From Minutocellus sp. GHC0000111 (taxonomy: Eukaryota): a stretch of 64,000 nucleotides of DNA. Location of the stretch: the NCBI GenBank assembly GCA_977018835.1, contig OZ361258.1, positions 2,852,001 to 2,916,000 of the forward strand, in the 5' to 3' direction. Position 1 is the first letter of the stretch. Each line of letters starts with the position of its first letter. A program made the translations under genes and the position numbers. This document shows positions 37,141 through 48,875 of the stretch, piece by piece. Under the pieces are notes generated by a model that had not been told where the DNA came from, did no database searches, and saw nothing but the letters and a program-made list of their open reading frames with translations.

Positions 37141-37827
37141 CTATTTATTAGAAGGATGACGAGCTGAGGGCTCCATCCCCTTGGCCGTTTCGTTGAAGTC
37201 GATCCTAATTCCAGTGTGCAAGTTTTCGTCACCCAACCTTCCAACAAACTCATTGCTACCACCGGCCTTAATCACCAGGCCCATTATCCTCCAGTACTGA
37301 ATGAAGGCCGAAGCAATTTTGCAGTTAGGCATGCTATCGTAAACGTCCTCGGCAGTGTCCCAGATCTGGTCGGTGGAAATGACGGAGGTGCCTACCATTT
37401 TTCGTGCCCATTCCGAGTGCCGCCGGCTCATCGCGGGGAACACGCTCAAGTCAAGGACGTTGGCGTGAGGCATCTGCGGTGCCTGTGGCTGCCACGTCCA
37501 GCCTTGCTCAGCACAGAAGTTAGTAACAAATTGCGTGAAGGTTCCGTCCTCGTGAGGCCCGGCCTGGTCGCCCTGGATAATAACATGGCAATCTTCGTGT
37601 TGCTTGCCCGGACCGACAAGGTTGAGAATCGCTGGGAAAATAGTCTCCTTGAACACGAGGAGCAAAGAGCATTTCGGATCCTTTTTGGTGCCTTCGTTCG
37701 ATCCAGTAACGCAACAATCAACAAGAAACGACTCTCCTTTCCGGCGAAGAGGTTCCTTTGGTGTCCCATCGGGGTTGGCATTTGGGTGCCGTGTTGAACC
37801 ATCAGGCTGTGTTACTGCTTCGTGTTA
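37141..37827 (-). pseudogene. C-terminal fragment of a mariner-like DDD transposase, copy 1
   Basis: IIQGDQAGPH...QAPQMPHANVLDL matches QxDNAxPH...QPPNSPDxNxLD. The frame is closed upstream by TAA, with no ATG, HTH or first catalytic D seen. Confidence 0.8.
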
Positions 37828-39430
37828 TCTTCCATTCTCATTGCTTTCTTGCGTTCGGGTGGTGCATCCGTCGGCATCCTGTGCGACCGAAGATGTTCAC
37901 GCATTTGTACCCTCTGCTCCAAATGACGCATCGCCTCCTTCATTTTGTTCCTTTTCTTCTCGGCATCGGCCATGGCCTTTTCATCCTTCCGCTTTTCTCG
38001 TTTCAAGGTGTCCCTTAGCCCTTTCAAAGCCTCCTCTGCAGCTTTGCATTGCGCTTCGGCCTCAACCAGCAGCATATCCAAATTCTCCTCGGTCGATCCA
38101 CCAGAATTGGCGGTGCCGGTAGCAGAAACACCGACACTGGCAGGATTGCCAGATTCTTCACTGTTGCCGCTCGCTTCCATCCACCACCATGGACTCGGCG
38201 ATGCCCCCAGCTTCGACATTGTCATCACCAGGACGAGCAGCGATACCAGCATTGTCCTCGACTGTCAGCTCAGGGCTGGCATCGGCGTCATTGGATGACG
38301 AATTGCGCCGAGCAATTTGAATTTGAGAAATCGGCACATCTTGTGCCGGATCAGGACCGGTCTGGCTCGGACAGCACAGCTCCTCCTCTCGGGCTTGCTC
38401 CACAACATCCTGCTGTTTCTGAAGTGAGAGGCTCGCCCATGCCCGGTTCGCTATGGTCTGGATCATCCCAGGAGACTTGCCACGAATCGTAGAGGCATCG
38501 ATGGTGGTGCTGCTCCGATGGACAAAACAATCAAAGCATGGGATGGAGCTGCCGGACCGACGGGAGCGGCGACATGCTGGCGCATCAGCTGCGGTGGCAG
38601 CAGCAGCAGTGACAGCCATTTGCATTAACATGGTGTTGGATGCAGTATTTTGTGGCAGTAGAGCAACAGTTTGTATGTCGGGTGGGTTGGAAATGAGGAA
38701 GGTTTCATTGAGTGGCGGGCGCGCCGGGCGGGTGATGATTTTTTTTGGCCCGCTCGATTTTGGCGCGGGGTCACCCGGACCGCATAAGATACGCCATTAT
38801 GGGGACCATGGAGACCGATATCGGAGCTCAAACCATATGGCTACTTGAATCAATGCATTTGGGAGGTGGTGGTGGGGTCGGGAGGTGGAGGAGGTATCTT
38901 ACCAAGTGGTTTAAGCTTGAGGAGTGCGCCGAGTGCAAGATCTAAAAGATGCATCATCATCAGAAGGAAATGTGTTTTTTATTGTCACAACTACCGTACA
39001 ATAGAGTACCAGTACCGGTAGACATACATTATAATGAAAGTAAGCCACATATATATTACTGAATGAACTTTATCTTTACATACCGACACACAATACCGGT
39101 ACAAGCAAGCTGCTAATCTCCCATCTCTGCTGCTACGTACATTGTACATGTATGGAAAGCTCACTCTCGCGATCGCATGTGGCGTTGCTGTGTACCGTTG
39201 ATACCAATCTCCTCAAAACAGGGAGCAAAAACTCATTCTTGCTCTCGCACGCACTTTTGATGCCCTCATATTCGGCGCCGGACTACGCCGGAGCCGCCAC
39301 CCCAGTCATCGCTACAAACCAAGTGCTGCCAGCTGCTTATTGAATAGGGTCTCGGCTTGAGCACTGTATCGATAGCTCTCACGGCGCCATTTTTCTACTA
39401 CGTCTCCACACCGCAACATAACACCGCAAC

Positions 39431-40078
39431 ATGATATCGATTGCAAAGGCCGCATTATTGCCAACATGCCTTTCACTCTTGTTCATGTCGGTCACCTCAT
39501 TTGACGCATCGCGCATCGTCTTCGCCTGTAAATCAAACTCTTGTCGGAGCCAGATGGCCGAAGGTTGGGCGAAAGATTGGATATCTCAACAAAGGGATGA
39601 CCTCGGTCGTCTACTAATGGAAACCGGGGGAGAAAAGAATGAAGCCTATGAAAAGCGCCAGGCCATCCTCAACGATATGGTGATTACGTCGGTGGCGCTC
39701 GATTCAAATGCGGTCTTTTGTGGAGATGTCCCAGAAGTTCGCAAGACTGTAAAGGGCAAAGCTGTCGAGGCAATGTTGTTGGATGGTATTGACATATCAC
39801 AGTTTGCGCCCAAGACCATGTCTGAAATATTACCCATTCTAACGAGTTCGGCTGCCGAGGCCGATGATGAGAAGGTTGTTGATCGACTTGTCATCCTATG
39901 CTCTTGTGGCGATGATGTCAAGAGAGCTCTTGTGGAACGATCTAAGCAAACTGATGAGTGGGATATTCCTGCGCCCACTGCCGCCGCCAAGGCAGGGGAA
40001 GGCGATGCGGCATATCGGAGAGTCAGCCTGCAGATTCGAGATGAGGTCAATAAGCTCATGAACGAGCTGTGTCCTTAG
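39431..40078 (+). CDS. ArsC/LMW-PTP family protein, copy 2
   Basis: Protein identical to 30203-30850. Confidence 0.8.
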   Translation: MISIAKAALLPTCLSLLFMSVTSFDASRIVFACKSNSCRSQMAEGWAKDWISQQRDDLGRLLMETGGEKNEAYEKRQAILNDMVITSVALDSNAVFCGDVPEVRKTVKGKAVEAMLLDGIDISQFAPKTMSEILPILTSSAAEADDEKVVDRLVILCSCGDDVKRALVERSKQTDEWDIPAPTAAAKAGEGDAAYRRVSLQIRDEVNKLMNELCP

Positions 40079-40216
40079 ATTGCTCGCGAACAATACCATG
40101 GTATGCGCACTCACAGTCAATGCTGATGTTTGGGTGCCGTAGAAGCAAACGTAACATTCAATAAACCCATTTACAATATATTTATCACAAAAAGTTGATA
40201 CGTCGTACTGGCAAAT

Positions 40217-41653
40217 TCAATTCTTCTCCAGAACTTGTTTCAAAGTTTCATTGATCTCTCGTATTCTAAGCAGCGCAGCTTTTAGCCGGGCAGTGGTACT
40301 GTTCATCTCCAATATTTGCTGCTTAGTAACTCGACTTTCTTCTTTGATGTAATCATCTCCCAGAATTGTATCCAATAAAGCCCAAACAACATAGCTTAAT
40401 CGACGTGCCCTCCGAAGGCTCGGATATCCCTCGGCTGTCTGTAACTGTTCCGGTTCGTCTTTATTCAACCGCAGATTACTATTATTCTCCAATATCGAGT
40501 ACACATTGCTCATTTTCTTGGTGTATCTAGATAACTTGAAGCCCTTGGGCCAGGACCGTCCACCCTCATCATTTGGTAGTAGTCCAAGAATTTGTGTTGG
40601 AATAGCCTGCTCGGTATTCGCCTTGGGGTTCAACTCGGAGATGATTTTTGCCATACAGTCAAGCTCAATCCATACGTCAAACTCCGCTTCCAAAGCATCT
40701 TCCTCAGTCACAATTTCGGGATCATCAAAATCTATGGAACACTCTCCGTGGAACATGTTGCTTGGCGACTGGCTTAGGTACTCTTCAATTGCCGCATGTA
40801 CAACGCCACCGGCGTTTGCATTGGCAGAAGACGCGGCCGTTACGTCAAAATTGGCAACTGGCGGCAAATTTTTACTTGCATCGTCTAGGTTCGCATCTTG
40901 AAACTCATAGTCGCGCCACATGGCGGCATCAGCAACTGCACCCGCGCATGCAGCCCCACGAGCATCATTATTGAGAGCAAAGTCGAACGATGCGGCAGTA
41001 TCCTCTGCTTCTTCGTAGAACTTATCCACCACCTCTTGGTCTGGTAGCATCTCAACATTAGCAATGCCATATGGCGCCGATTGGTTCGAATCAATGACCA
41101 TAAATCTCCCAAGGGCTTGAACTACCACATACATGCCACCATCATCCAGCAATTTGTAATCTGACATCTTCATGAGCGTACCAACCAACGGGGCATCGGA
41201 ACCCTTTTCCAGACGGTAATTGTATTTCTCTCCATCCGCACCCTCTGGCAGATAAACATGACCAAAGTACCAAGGCTTCGATGTCGACACACATCGCATG
41301 AGCATGTTGGTATATTCTGGATCGGTAACGTTCATAACGTGCTGAAATCCTGGCAGCTCCGTCCATCCTGTCCGATAAATGAGCAAATTGCTGTAGACAC
41401 CAAACCGCTCTGGATAGACATCAACTTCGTCCGAATAAAATGTCTTTTGAACCTCTCGAACGAGCTTTATCCGCTCCTTCCGCTGATCCGATGTCTCCTC
41501 TTCGAATGGGTTAGCAGAATACTGTGTCCATGTTCTCGAAATAGTTCTCCGTGTCGTCTGAGGTCCCGCAATATATGCAAAACAGGAAAGGAAATCATTC
41601 TTGAGACACAAGATACTGGTCACAACGGCACGAATTTGGCCTTTGTGTCTCAT
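40217..41653 (-). CDS. Lon N-terminal domain-like protein, copy 2
   Basis: Identical to copy 1 except ILDMN vs ILEMN. Confidence 0.65.
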   Translation of the reverse strand: MRHKGQIRAVVTSILCLKNDFLSCFAYIAGPQTTRRTISRTWTQYSANPFEEETSDQRKERIKLVREVQKTFYSDEVDVYPERFGVYSNLLIYRTGWTELPGFQHVMNVTDPEYTNMLMRCVSTSKPWYFGHVYLPEGADGEKYNYRLEKGSDAPLVGTLMKMSDYKLLDDGGMYVVVQALGRFMVIDSNQSAPYGIANVEMLPDQEVVDKFYEEAEDTAASFDFALNNDARGAACAGAVADAAMWRDYEFQDANLDDASKNLPPVANFDVTAASSANANAGGVVHAAIEEYLSQSPSNMFHGECSIDFDDPEIVTEEDALEAEFDVWIELDCMAKIISELNPKANTEQAIPTQILGLLPNDEGGRSWPKGFKLSRYTKKMSNVYSILENNSNLRLNKDEPEQLQTAEGYPSLRRARRLSYVVWALLDTILGDDYIKEESRVTKQQILEMNSTTARLKAALLRIREINETLKQVLEKN

Positions 41654-41859
41654 GATACTAGTATATATGTTTGTAACGCTAGCTAGTGACCTCTTCAACA
41701 ATACTCTCACTATTCTCAATAAGTAATGGTGGAAGTGCGGTCATCGTCATTGTTCTGGTTTGACTTTCTCAATTTTGCCTACATGCCTTTTTCTAAGTTA
41801 GTCGCACCGCACCACAACAACACGCCTCTTTTCCGCCACTCATTTTTCAATCCCTAACC

Positions 41860-43788
41860 ATGACGGACAACGAGCAAGAGAGCGCTGCTACTGCTCCCAA
41901 TCGAAAGAGGAGGCTCAGCAAGAAGGAGCGGAAGGCACTGAAAAAGAAGCAGAAGCAATCGCACAAGGCGGCATCTGCCACTGGATCCACTCATGAGGCA
42001 CAGAACAAAGATGAGCACAACAGCAAGGAAGCACCAGAGGAAAACTTCGATGCATCGTACACCCCCGTCCCCATCCCAGAGGAGATCAAGGATGGCAACT
42101 ATGATGATGAAGATAGCGGCGAGATTCAAATTGGAAAGGGGAGTGCCAAGAAGTTGGGTAAATGGTTCCCCGAGGCTGTTGTGATCAAAACCACGACGGT
42201 GCACAACTCGGTGACGCAGCACAAGAAGAAAAAGAAGAATGAGGACGAGGAGACCAGAACCGCTTCCTTAGTTCTGTTTTATCAGTATGCCAATCCGCCG
42301 TTCCGTCAGTCGCAGGTTCGGCAACTGATGACCTATCTTATGTCGGTGGCAAAGGTGCGCAATCTTGGTGGGAGAATCCGTGTATCGAATGAGGGTGTGA
42401 ACTGCACGCTATCGTCTCTTGCCACCGACCGATCTGCATCCGTCCCGAGCGCCGCTGCCAACCTTCGCCATTTTGCATCCGATCTCCGTAACTTCAGCCC
42501 TGCATTCAATGAAACAGACTTCAAATACATTGATGACTTGCCTCCGGATCGACACTTAAAAGATCTGAAGATCCTTCCTGTGAAGGAACTCGTGTTCTAT
42601 GGGATTAGTGAAAAGGACGCCCCATTGAGCGAGGGCGGTGTCCATCTCGACGCCAAGGATTATCACAAGATGCTGGCCAGAGACGACGCCGTTGTCATCG
42701 ATGTGCGGAATCATTACGAGGCATTGATCGGACGCTTCGATGGGCAGAACCAGGTTGCTAGCGATGGCGGTGATGATCATGACAAGAACAAGAAAAAGAA
42801 GGGCGAAGACGAGGAATCATCTACCAACGAAGGAGAAAGAGGTCCTAGTCGAGGAGGCGGCGCGACGTATATTGATCCAATGATGCGAAAGTCCACCGAT
42901 TTCCCAGATTGGCTGGCCAAGCCAGAGACGAAGGAAGAGCTCGCCAATAAGAAGGTACGTTCGAGTTGGCATTTACGAATTGACTGCATCTGCGTTTTCC
43001 TATTCATGATCCTTTTCCTGGCTATCCACACACCTCCATGCCACCATGTCACCTCACACAGTCATTCTTTTTTGTCCATCCTATTTCATTTTTTTTAGGT
43101 TCTAATGTTTTGTACCGGTGGAGTGAGATACGAGAGGGCGTCGGCATATCTCAAGAAGCAAATGGGCGACCAGGTCGATGGTGTCTTTCAGCTCAAGGGA
43201 GGTATCGAGCGATATATGAAGGAATTCCAGGACGGCGGATTCTGGAGGGGGAGTAATTTTGTATTTGACAAAAGAGAGGCTGTCGGCGTTGATAACATGG
43301 CTGGCGTCGGTGGCGTCGTTCGGAAGCAAAAGGGCGACGAATCTTCCTCATCGAACAAGACTACACAGGTAGAGGATGCCAAATGTTGTTGCTGTTCAAA
43401 GCCATGGGACAGATATGTCGGGAAGCGGAAGTGTGATTTCTGCGGTGTGCCTGTCCTCATGTGCGATACCTGCATGACGTCCCACAAGGCCAACAAGTCC
43501 AAAAAGGAGGATATTCAGTGCGACCTATGCAAGAAAGAGGGTGTTACGGTTCATGCCAATGAAGTTGAATGGACGGACAATGGAGTTCATAACTGCACCG
43601 AAGATGGAGGAGCTGGTACTGGTGGTGGAAAAGCAGCAAGATCGGTTTTAAAATGGGGCGGGGGCCATGCTTCGGAGAAGAAATTTAAGAAGAAGGCGAG
43701 TCGAAAGCCCTGCCGATTCGGCTTAGAATGCGTTCGAAAGGATTGCATGTTTTACCATCCCGAGAGGACATCTCAGCAGGCCAGCTAA
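41860..43788 (+). CDS. TrhO/TSTD2 family rhodanese protein, copy 2
   Basis: Identical to copy 1; intron 42955-43098. Confidence 0.88.
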
Positions 43789-43864
43789 AATCCAGCTGAC
43801 TCTCTCTACTAGCTAGAACCGGTAGAAGCTTGAGTAGTCAAGGACCTTCATAACTTCTTCAAAT

Positions 43865-43867
43865 AAG

Positions 43868-43913
<46 letters not shown>

Positions 43914-44011
43914 ATATATATATATATATATATATATATTACTAGTGACATTCTTTGCTGATTTGTATATATATATTACAAATTACAAATCAGCAAAGAA
44001 TGTCACTAGTA
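43865..44011. repeat. (GA)n(TA)n microsatellite plus 28-bp inverted repeat, copy 2
   Basis: Same structure as 34637-34786; hairpin at 43940-44011. Confidence 0.9.
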
Positions 44012-45134
44012 GGCGAGTTAGGTGATCGTTGATACAAAGACCAACGGTCAAATCCCAGCGAACTACCAACGACAAACAGACCATCCCGCTGGGAGCAAAG
44101 CTCAACCAAGCGGGCCCACTATCCCAGCTGATACAAATCAGCAAAGAATGTCATTATATATATATTACAAATCAGCAAAGAATTATATATATATATTTGT
44201 GCAGCTGCAACTTTTCATTACGATAGATAGATTCAAGCTCCACCACAGCATGTAGATCCAGCTACGTAGCTGTGTAAGTCTAAATCTCTAGCTAGCTAGC
44301 ATAGCGTGTATAGACGTCGAAATACACACACGCACACACACGCATATATACGAGCATATTATAATGCAAATGCTCCTATGCGTAATCTTGTTCTTTTCAC
44401 GGATATTTATTTGCTTTCACGGATTTCATTTGGCTTCTTCGATAATTTTGCGGTGCTGTGTTCAGCACAGAAACGCCACAAGGAAAGAAGGCTTTTTGCT
44501 AGATCTAATATCCCGGTCTTTCGTTACAATAGCCCAAGCAGTTTTGGCGACATTCTGCGGACTTTGGCCGGGCAGATGGGGCCCGCACTTGGGATTGATG
44601 AGGCAGGTAATGTGATCGGAGTTGTGACATCAGAGTTTCTGTGGCTTTTGTGGGGCTATAATGGGGGCTTATTTGTGAGTGTCGTAGTGACACAGCCAAC
44701 GTGTGCCCGCCAATCTGTGCAGCTTTCTGGCCCAAGAAATCCTCTTGGGGAAGTCGTATCAAGGCGAGAGATGGACCATCTCAGGCCTAAGACTTCAATG
44801 ACCCTTGAAATCATAGGGTCGCTGCGACATAATCCGGCAATCCAGGAAGTTCTGCGGTTTGATTTCATTTTGAGAGGCTTTTTCGGCGGCACGTCAAAGC
44901 ACCTTTCTGCCCCCGCCGCCAGCATGCGCAGGTACGAGGTCCTGGACAGCAATTTCGGGGACCCGGGTTTTTGGGTCTTTGGACTTTCCGACACGGCGGT
45001 TTGCGCGCACCTTGAAAAACACGCGGCAAAGCAAGCAAATCAAAACACACCCGTCAACAACCGACCTCCAAGCAATTACCACAAATAGACTGGGCAACTT
45101 CTGCCGACTGGCGCTTCAAGAAGCTTCCATACTC

Positions 45135-46270
45135 ATGGATACTCCAAAGGGACACATCTTCAGTCCACCGCGTCCACCGAAACGCGCCGAGGCGACTGCA
45201 TTCAGCCCCTCGCGCCATGAGAAGGAAACTTCCAACGAAACGCCGGAACATCCGCGGTATCGAGAAACAAGGACAACGATGACGAGGAGGACAACCAAGG
45301 GGTCCCACCGGCATCGTCAGACCTCACATCTCCTCGTGTGTTGAAATATCGACGCGAGTACAACGAAGAGGATGGCTTCGCCGCCGAACAAGCCCAAGCA
45401 AGGAAGCACTTGCATCATGACATATTGCGTGCCGACTTTCGCGGTACCGCTACCGTTTCATCTCATTCTGATGAAGATGATTCATTCTCAGAGATGAGCA
45501 TAGCAACCGCCGACGCAAAGCCAAGCGGCGAGAGGAGAAAGCCCGTGAGCTCATTCGACCTTCCCTCCGCCACGCCCATGGTAACAAGTCCAATGTCAGT
45601 TCATACTCAGTATGCTCTTACCCCAAGCCGCTCATGCCCGTCGTTCAGCAACCTTCAATTGTCATCCCCTACCATCTTGGAGCCCTTGCCTCCAACCGAA
45701 CCAACCGAACGACAGATTGAACGAGAGGTTGAGGAACATCGGAGGCTTGCGTGCTTTTTGACGTACGGAGAAGCACCACTACCACAAGATATAAAGAACT
45801 ACAAGTCACCCACATGTAGTCAGAGGCCCGAACCAAGAAGAAAAGAGAAAGGGGTCTACCTCCCCTTCAAACAAGTTCCTGGTTGGGGTAGCGAGGTCGC
45901 GGTCACCACAGTGCTAGGCATGATCGAAGTCGATCGCCAAGTAAGAGAGGGTCGTGGTGCCTACCCGAAAGGGTGGAGAAGCAGAGAACTCGGATTGTAT
46001 GATAACAAGACAATAGAATTCTCTATTGCATTATCTACTGACAAGATTGCATTAGATGCATATAAGTTGGGATATGAGGATGGGAGTAAACAACCAACTG
46101 CTCACCCTGCCCTCACTGACAATAAACTTGCCGATGCATATGGTGTGAAGCGCGGAAAGATTCGTCAGTCCCTCCACGCTGTGTGGCTTTCTGATGATCA
46201 TAAGAAGGCCAAGGAGGCAAAAAAGAATACCGGTAGAAATAGAAGAACAAAGAAGCCCACCGTGATATAA
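45135..46270 (+). CDS. Unknown cargo ORF inside the transposon, copy 2
   Basis: Identical to 35910-37045. Confidence 0.5.
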
Positions 46271-46365
46271 ACAAACCAATGCTGCTGCATCTTACATCTA
46301 GATCTATAAATAATTTGTAGACGTGTAACATTTATTTAATACATGTGTAAAGATATTAATACTAT

Positions 46366-47052
46366 CTATTTATTAGAAGGATGACGAGCTGAGGGCTCCA
46401 TCCCCTTGGCCGTTTCGTTGAAGTCGATCCTAATTCCAGTGTGCAAGTTTTCGTCACCCAACCTTCCAACAAACTCATTGCTACCACCGGCCTTAATCAC
46501 CAGGCCCATTATCCTCCAGTACTGAATGAAGGCCGAAGCAATTTTGCAGTTAGGCATGCTATCGTAAACGTCCTCGGCAGTGTCCCAGATCTGGTCGGTG
46601 GAAATGACGGAGGTGCCTACCATTTTTCGTGCCCATTCCGAGTGCCGCCGGCTCATCGCGGGGAACACGCTCAAGTCAAGGACGTTGGCGTGAGGCATCT
46701 GCGGTGCCTGTGGCTGCCACGTCCAGCCTTGCTCAGCACAGAAGTTAGTAACAAATTGCGTGAAGGTTCCGTCCTCGTGAGGCCCGGCCTGGTCGCCCTG
46801 GATAATAACATGGCAATCTTCGTGTTGCTTGCCCGGACCGACAAGGTTGAGAATCGCTGGGAAAATAGTCTCCTTGAACACGAGGAGCAAAGAGCATTTC
46901 GGATCCTTTTTGGTGCCTTCGTTCGATCCAGTAACGCAACAATCAACAAGAAACGACTCTCCTTTCCGGCGAAGAGGTTCCTTTGGTGTCCCATCGGGGT
47001 TGGCATTTGGGTGCCGTGTTGAACCATCAGGCTGTGTTACTGCTTCGTGTTA
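46366..47052 (-). pseudogene. C-terminal fragment of a mariner-like DDD transposase, copy 2
   Basis: Identical to 37141-37827. Confidence 0.8.
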
Positions 47053-48490
47053 TCTTCCATTCTCATTGCTTTCTTGCGTTCGGGTGGTGCATCCGTCGGC
47101 ATCCTGTGCGACCGAAGATGTTCACGCATTTGTACCCTCTGCTCCAAATGACGCATCGCCTCCTTCATTTTGTTCCTTTTCTTCTCGGCATCGGCCATGG
47201 CCTTTTCATCCTTCCGCTTTTCTCGTTTCAAGGTGTCCCTTAGCCCTTTCAAAGCCTCCTCTGCAGCTTTGCATTGCGCTTCGGCCTCAACCAGCAGCAT
47301 ATCCAAATTCTCCTCGGTCGATCCACCAGAATTGGCGGTGCCGGTAGCAGAAACACCGACACTGGCAGGATTGCCAGATTCTTCACTGTTGCCGCTCGCT
47401 TCCATCCACCACCATGGACTCGGCGATGCCCCCAGCTTCGACATTGTCATCACCAGGACGAGCAGCGATACCAGCATTGTCCTCGACTGTCAGCTCAGGG
47501 CTGGCATCGGCGTCATTGGATGACGAATTGCGCCGAGCAATTTGAATTTGAGAAATCGGCACATCTTGTGCCGGATCAGGACCGGTCTGGCTCGGACAGC
47601 ACAGCTCCTCCTCTCGGGCTTGCTCCACAACATCCTGCTGTTTCTGAAGTGAGAGGCTCGCCCATGCCCGGTTCGCTATGGTCTGGATCATCCCAGGAGA
47701 CTTGCCACGAATCGTAGAGGCATCGATGGTGGTGCTGCTCCGATGGACAAAACAATCAAAGCATGGGATGGAGCTGCCGGACCGACGGGAGCGGCGACAT
47801 GCTGGCGCATCAGCTGCGGTGGCAGCAGCAGCAGTGACAGCCATTTGCATTAACATGGTGTTGGATGCAGTATTTTGTGGCAGTAGAGCAACAGTTTGTA
47901 TGTCGGGTGGGTTGGAAATGAGGAAGGTTTCATTGAGTGGCGGGCGCGCCGGGCGGGTGATGATTTTTTTTGGCCCGCTCGATTTTGGCGCGGGGTCACC
48001 CGGACCGCATAAGATACGCCATTATGGGGACCATGGAGACCGATATCGGAGCTCAAACCATATGGCTACTTGAATCAATGCATTTGGGAGGTGGTGGTGG
48101 GGTCGGGAGGTGGAGGAGGTGACCGGTTGTCATCGGAAAAACTGGCAGAAGTCGGGAGGGGCGATGGATGGATGGATGGTGGGGGGTGAATCGGCCAGAC
48201 GCTGGCATGGGAAGATGAAATCGATATCTCCGAGTCGGTCCAAGGTCAAGGACCAACCCGTTCTGGAGATACCACGCTTGTCCCTTGCGTGAAGCGGATG
48301 CCGTCGGCACTGCCGTCACCGCCATCTTGAAGACAGGATGACAGCAAATAAATGCTGCAAGCTGCGTGCGTTTGTGCTGATTTTTATGAGATTTTGCCCA
48401 AAGACCCGAAAACCGGGTCCCTGAAACTGCTGTCCGCGACCTCGTAACTGCTTGCGTGGTGGACCTCATATTCCAGACAGTTCAAGGACA

Positions 48491-48825
48491 ATGAACCCTG
48501 ACAGTAACATCGATGATGCGGCAGGACGCTGGCGATCCTCTTCGTCTTTAGGACTCCGCCGGCAGGATAGCCTAATGCGCTTCATGGCTTCAATTCTAGA
48601 GGACCCCAACGAGGACGACGGCAGCCTCGCCGACGAAGAGCAATCCCATCAACAGCCGGGAGATGGCAACAGACAAGAAACGCCGCAAATGCCGTCACAT
48701 CTAGGCCAAACAGGCCAAGTTCACAATCACAATCACCAAGATTCTGTCGCCGGCATGGTGGGCAACCACAATCAGCTCGGTACTTCAGCACCAATTACGC
48801 ACGAACCCATGCAGATCGATCCGCA

Positions 48826-48875
<50 letters not shown>

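Larger units (their letters stand above)
35710..38895. mobile_element. Tc1/mariner-type element, copy 1, truncated on the right by the duplication junction
   Basis: Left TIR after TA at 35708-35709; same interior as 44935-48120; no right TIR. Confidence 0.8.
29667..48120. repeat. 9.2-kb tandem segmental duplication (copy 1 29667-38895; copy 2 38895-48120)
   Basis: Identical ORF sets at offsets 9228/9225. Differences seen: one substitution (31079 G vs 40307 C) and microsatellite length. Junction GGAGGT/TATCTTACC shares 1 base. Confidence 0.97.
44935..48444. mobile_element. Tc1/mariner-type DNA transposon with both ends (3510 bp), non-autonomous, carrying cargo ORFs
   Basis: Left TIR CGAGGTCCTGGACAGCAATTTCGGGGACCCGGGTTTTTGGGTCTTTGG (44935-44982). 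The reverse complement of 48398-48444 is CGAGGTCGCGGACAGCAGTTTCAGGGACCCGGTTTTCGGGTCTTTGG. TA at 44933-44934 and 48445-48446; internal DDD transposase fragment. Confidence 0.88.

Noticed and set aside
38745..38945. New chimeric gene at the duplication junction
   Set aside because: It is only 66 codons, joining transposon non-coding DNA to the last 16 residues of Trx-DUF4395; nothing supports expression.
45135..47856. Fanzor/TnpB nuclease as transposon cargo
   Set aside because: No RuvC-like D/E/D motifs or CxxC zinc finger are visible in the cargo ORFs.
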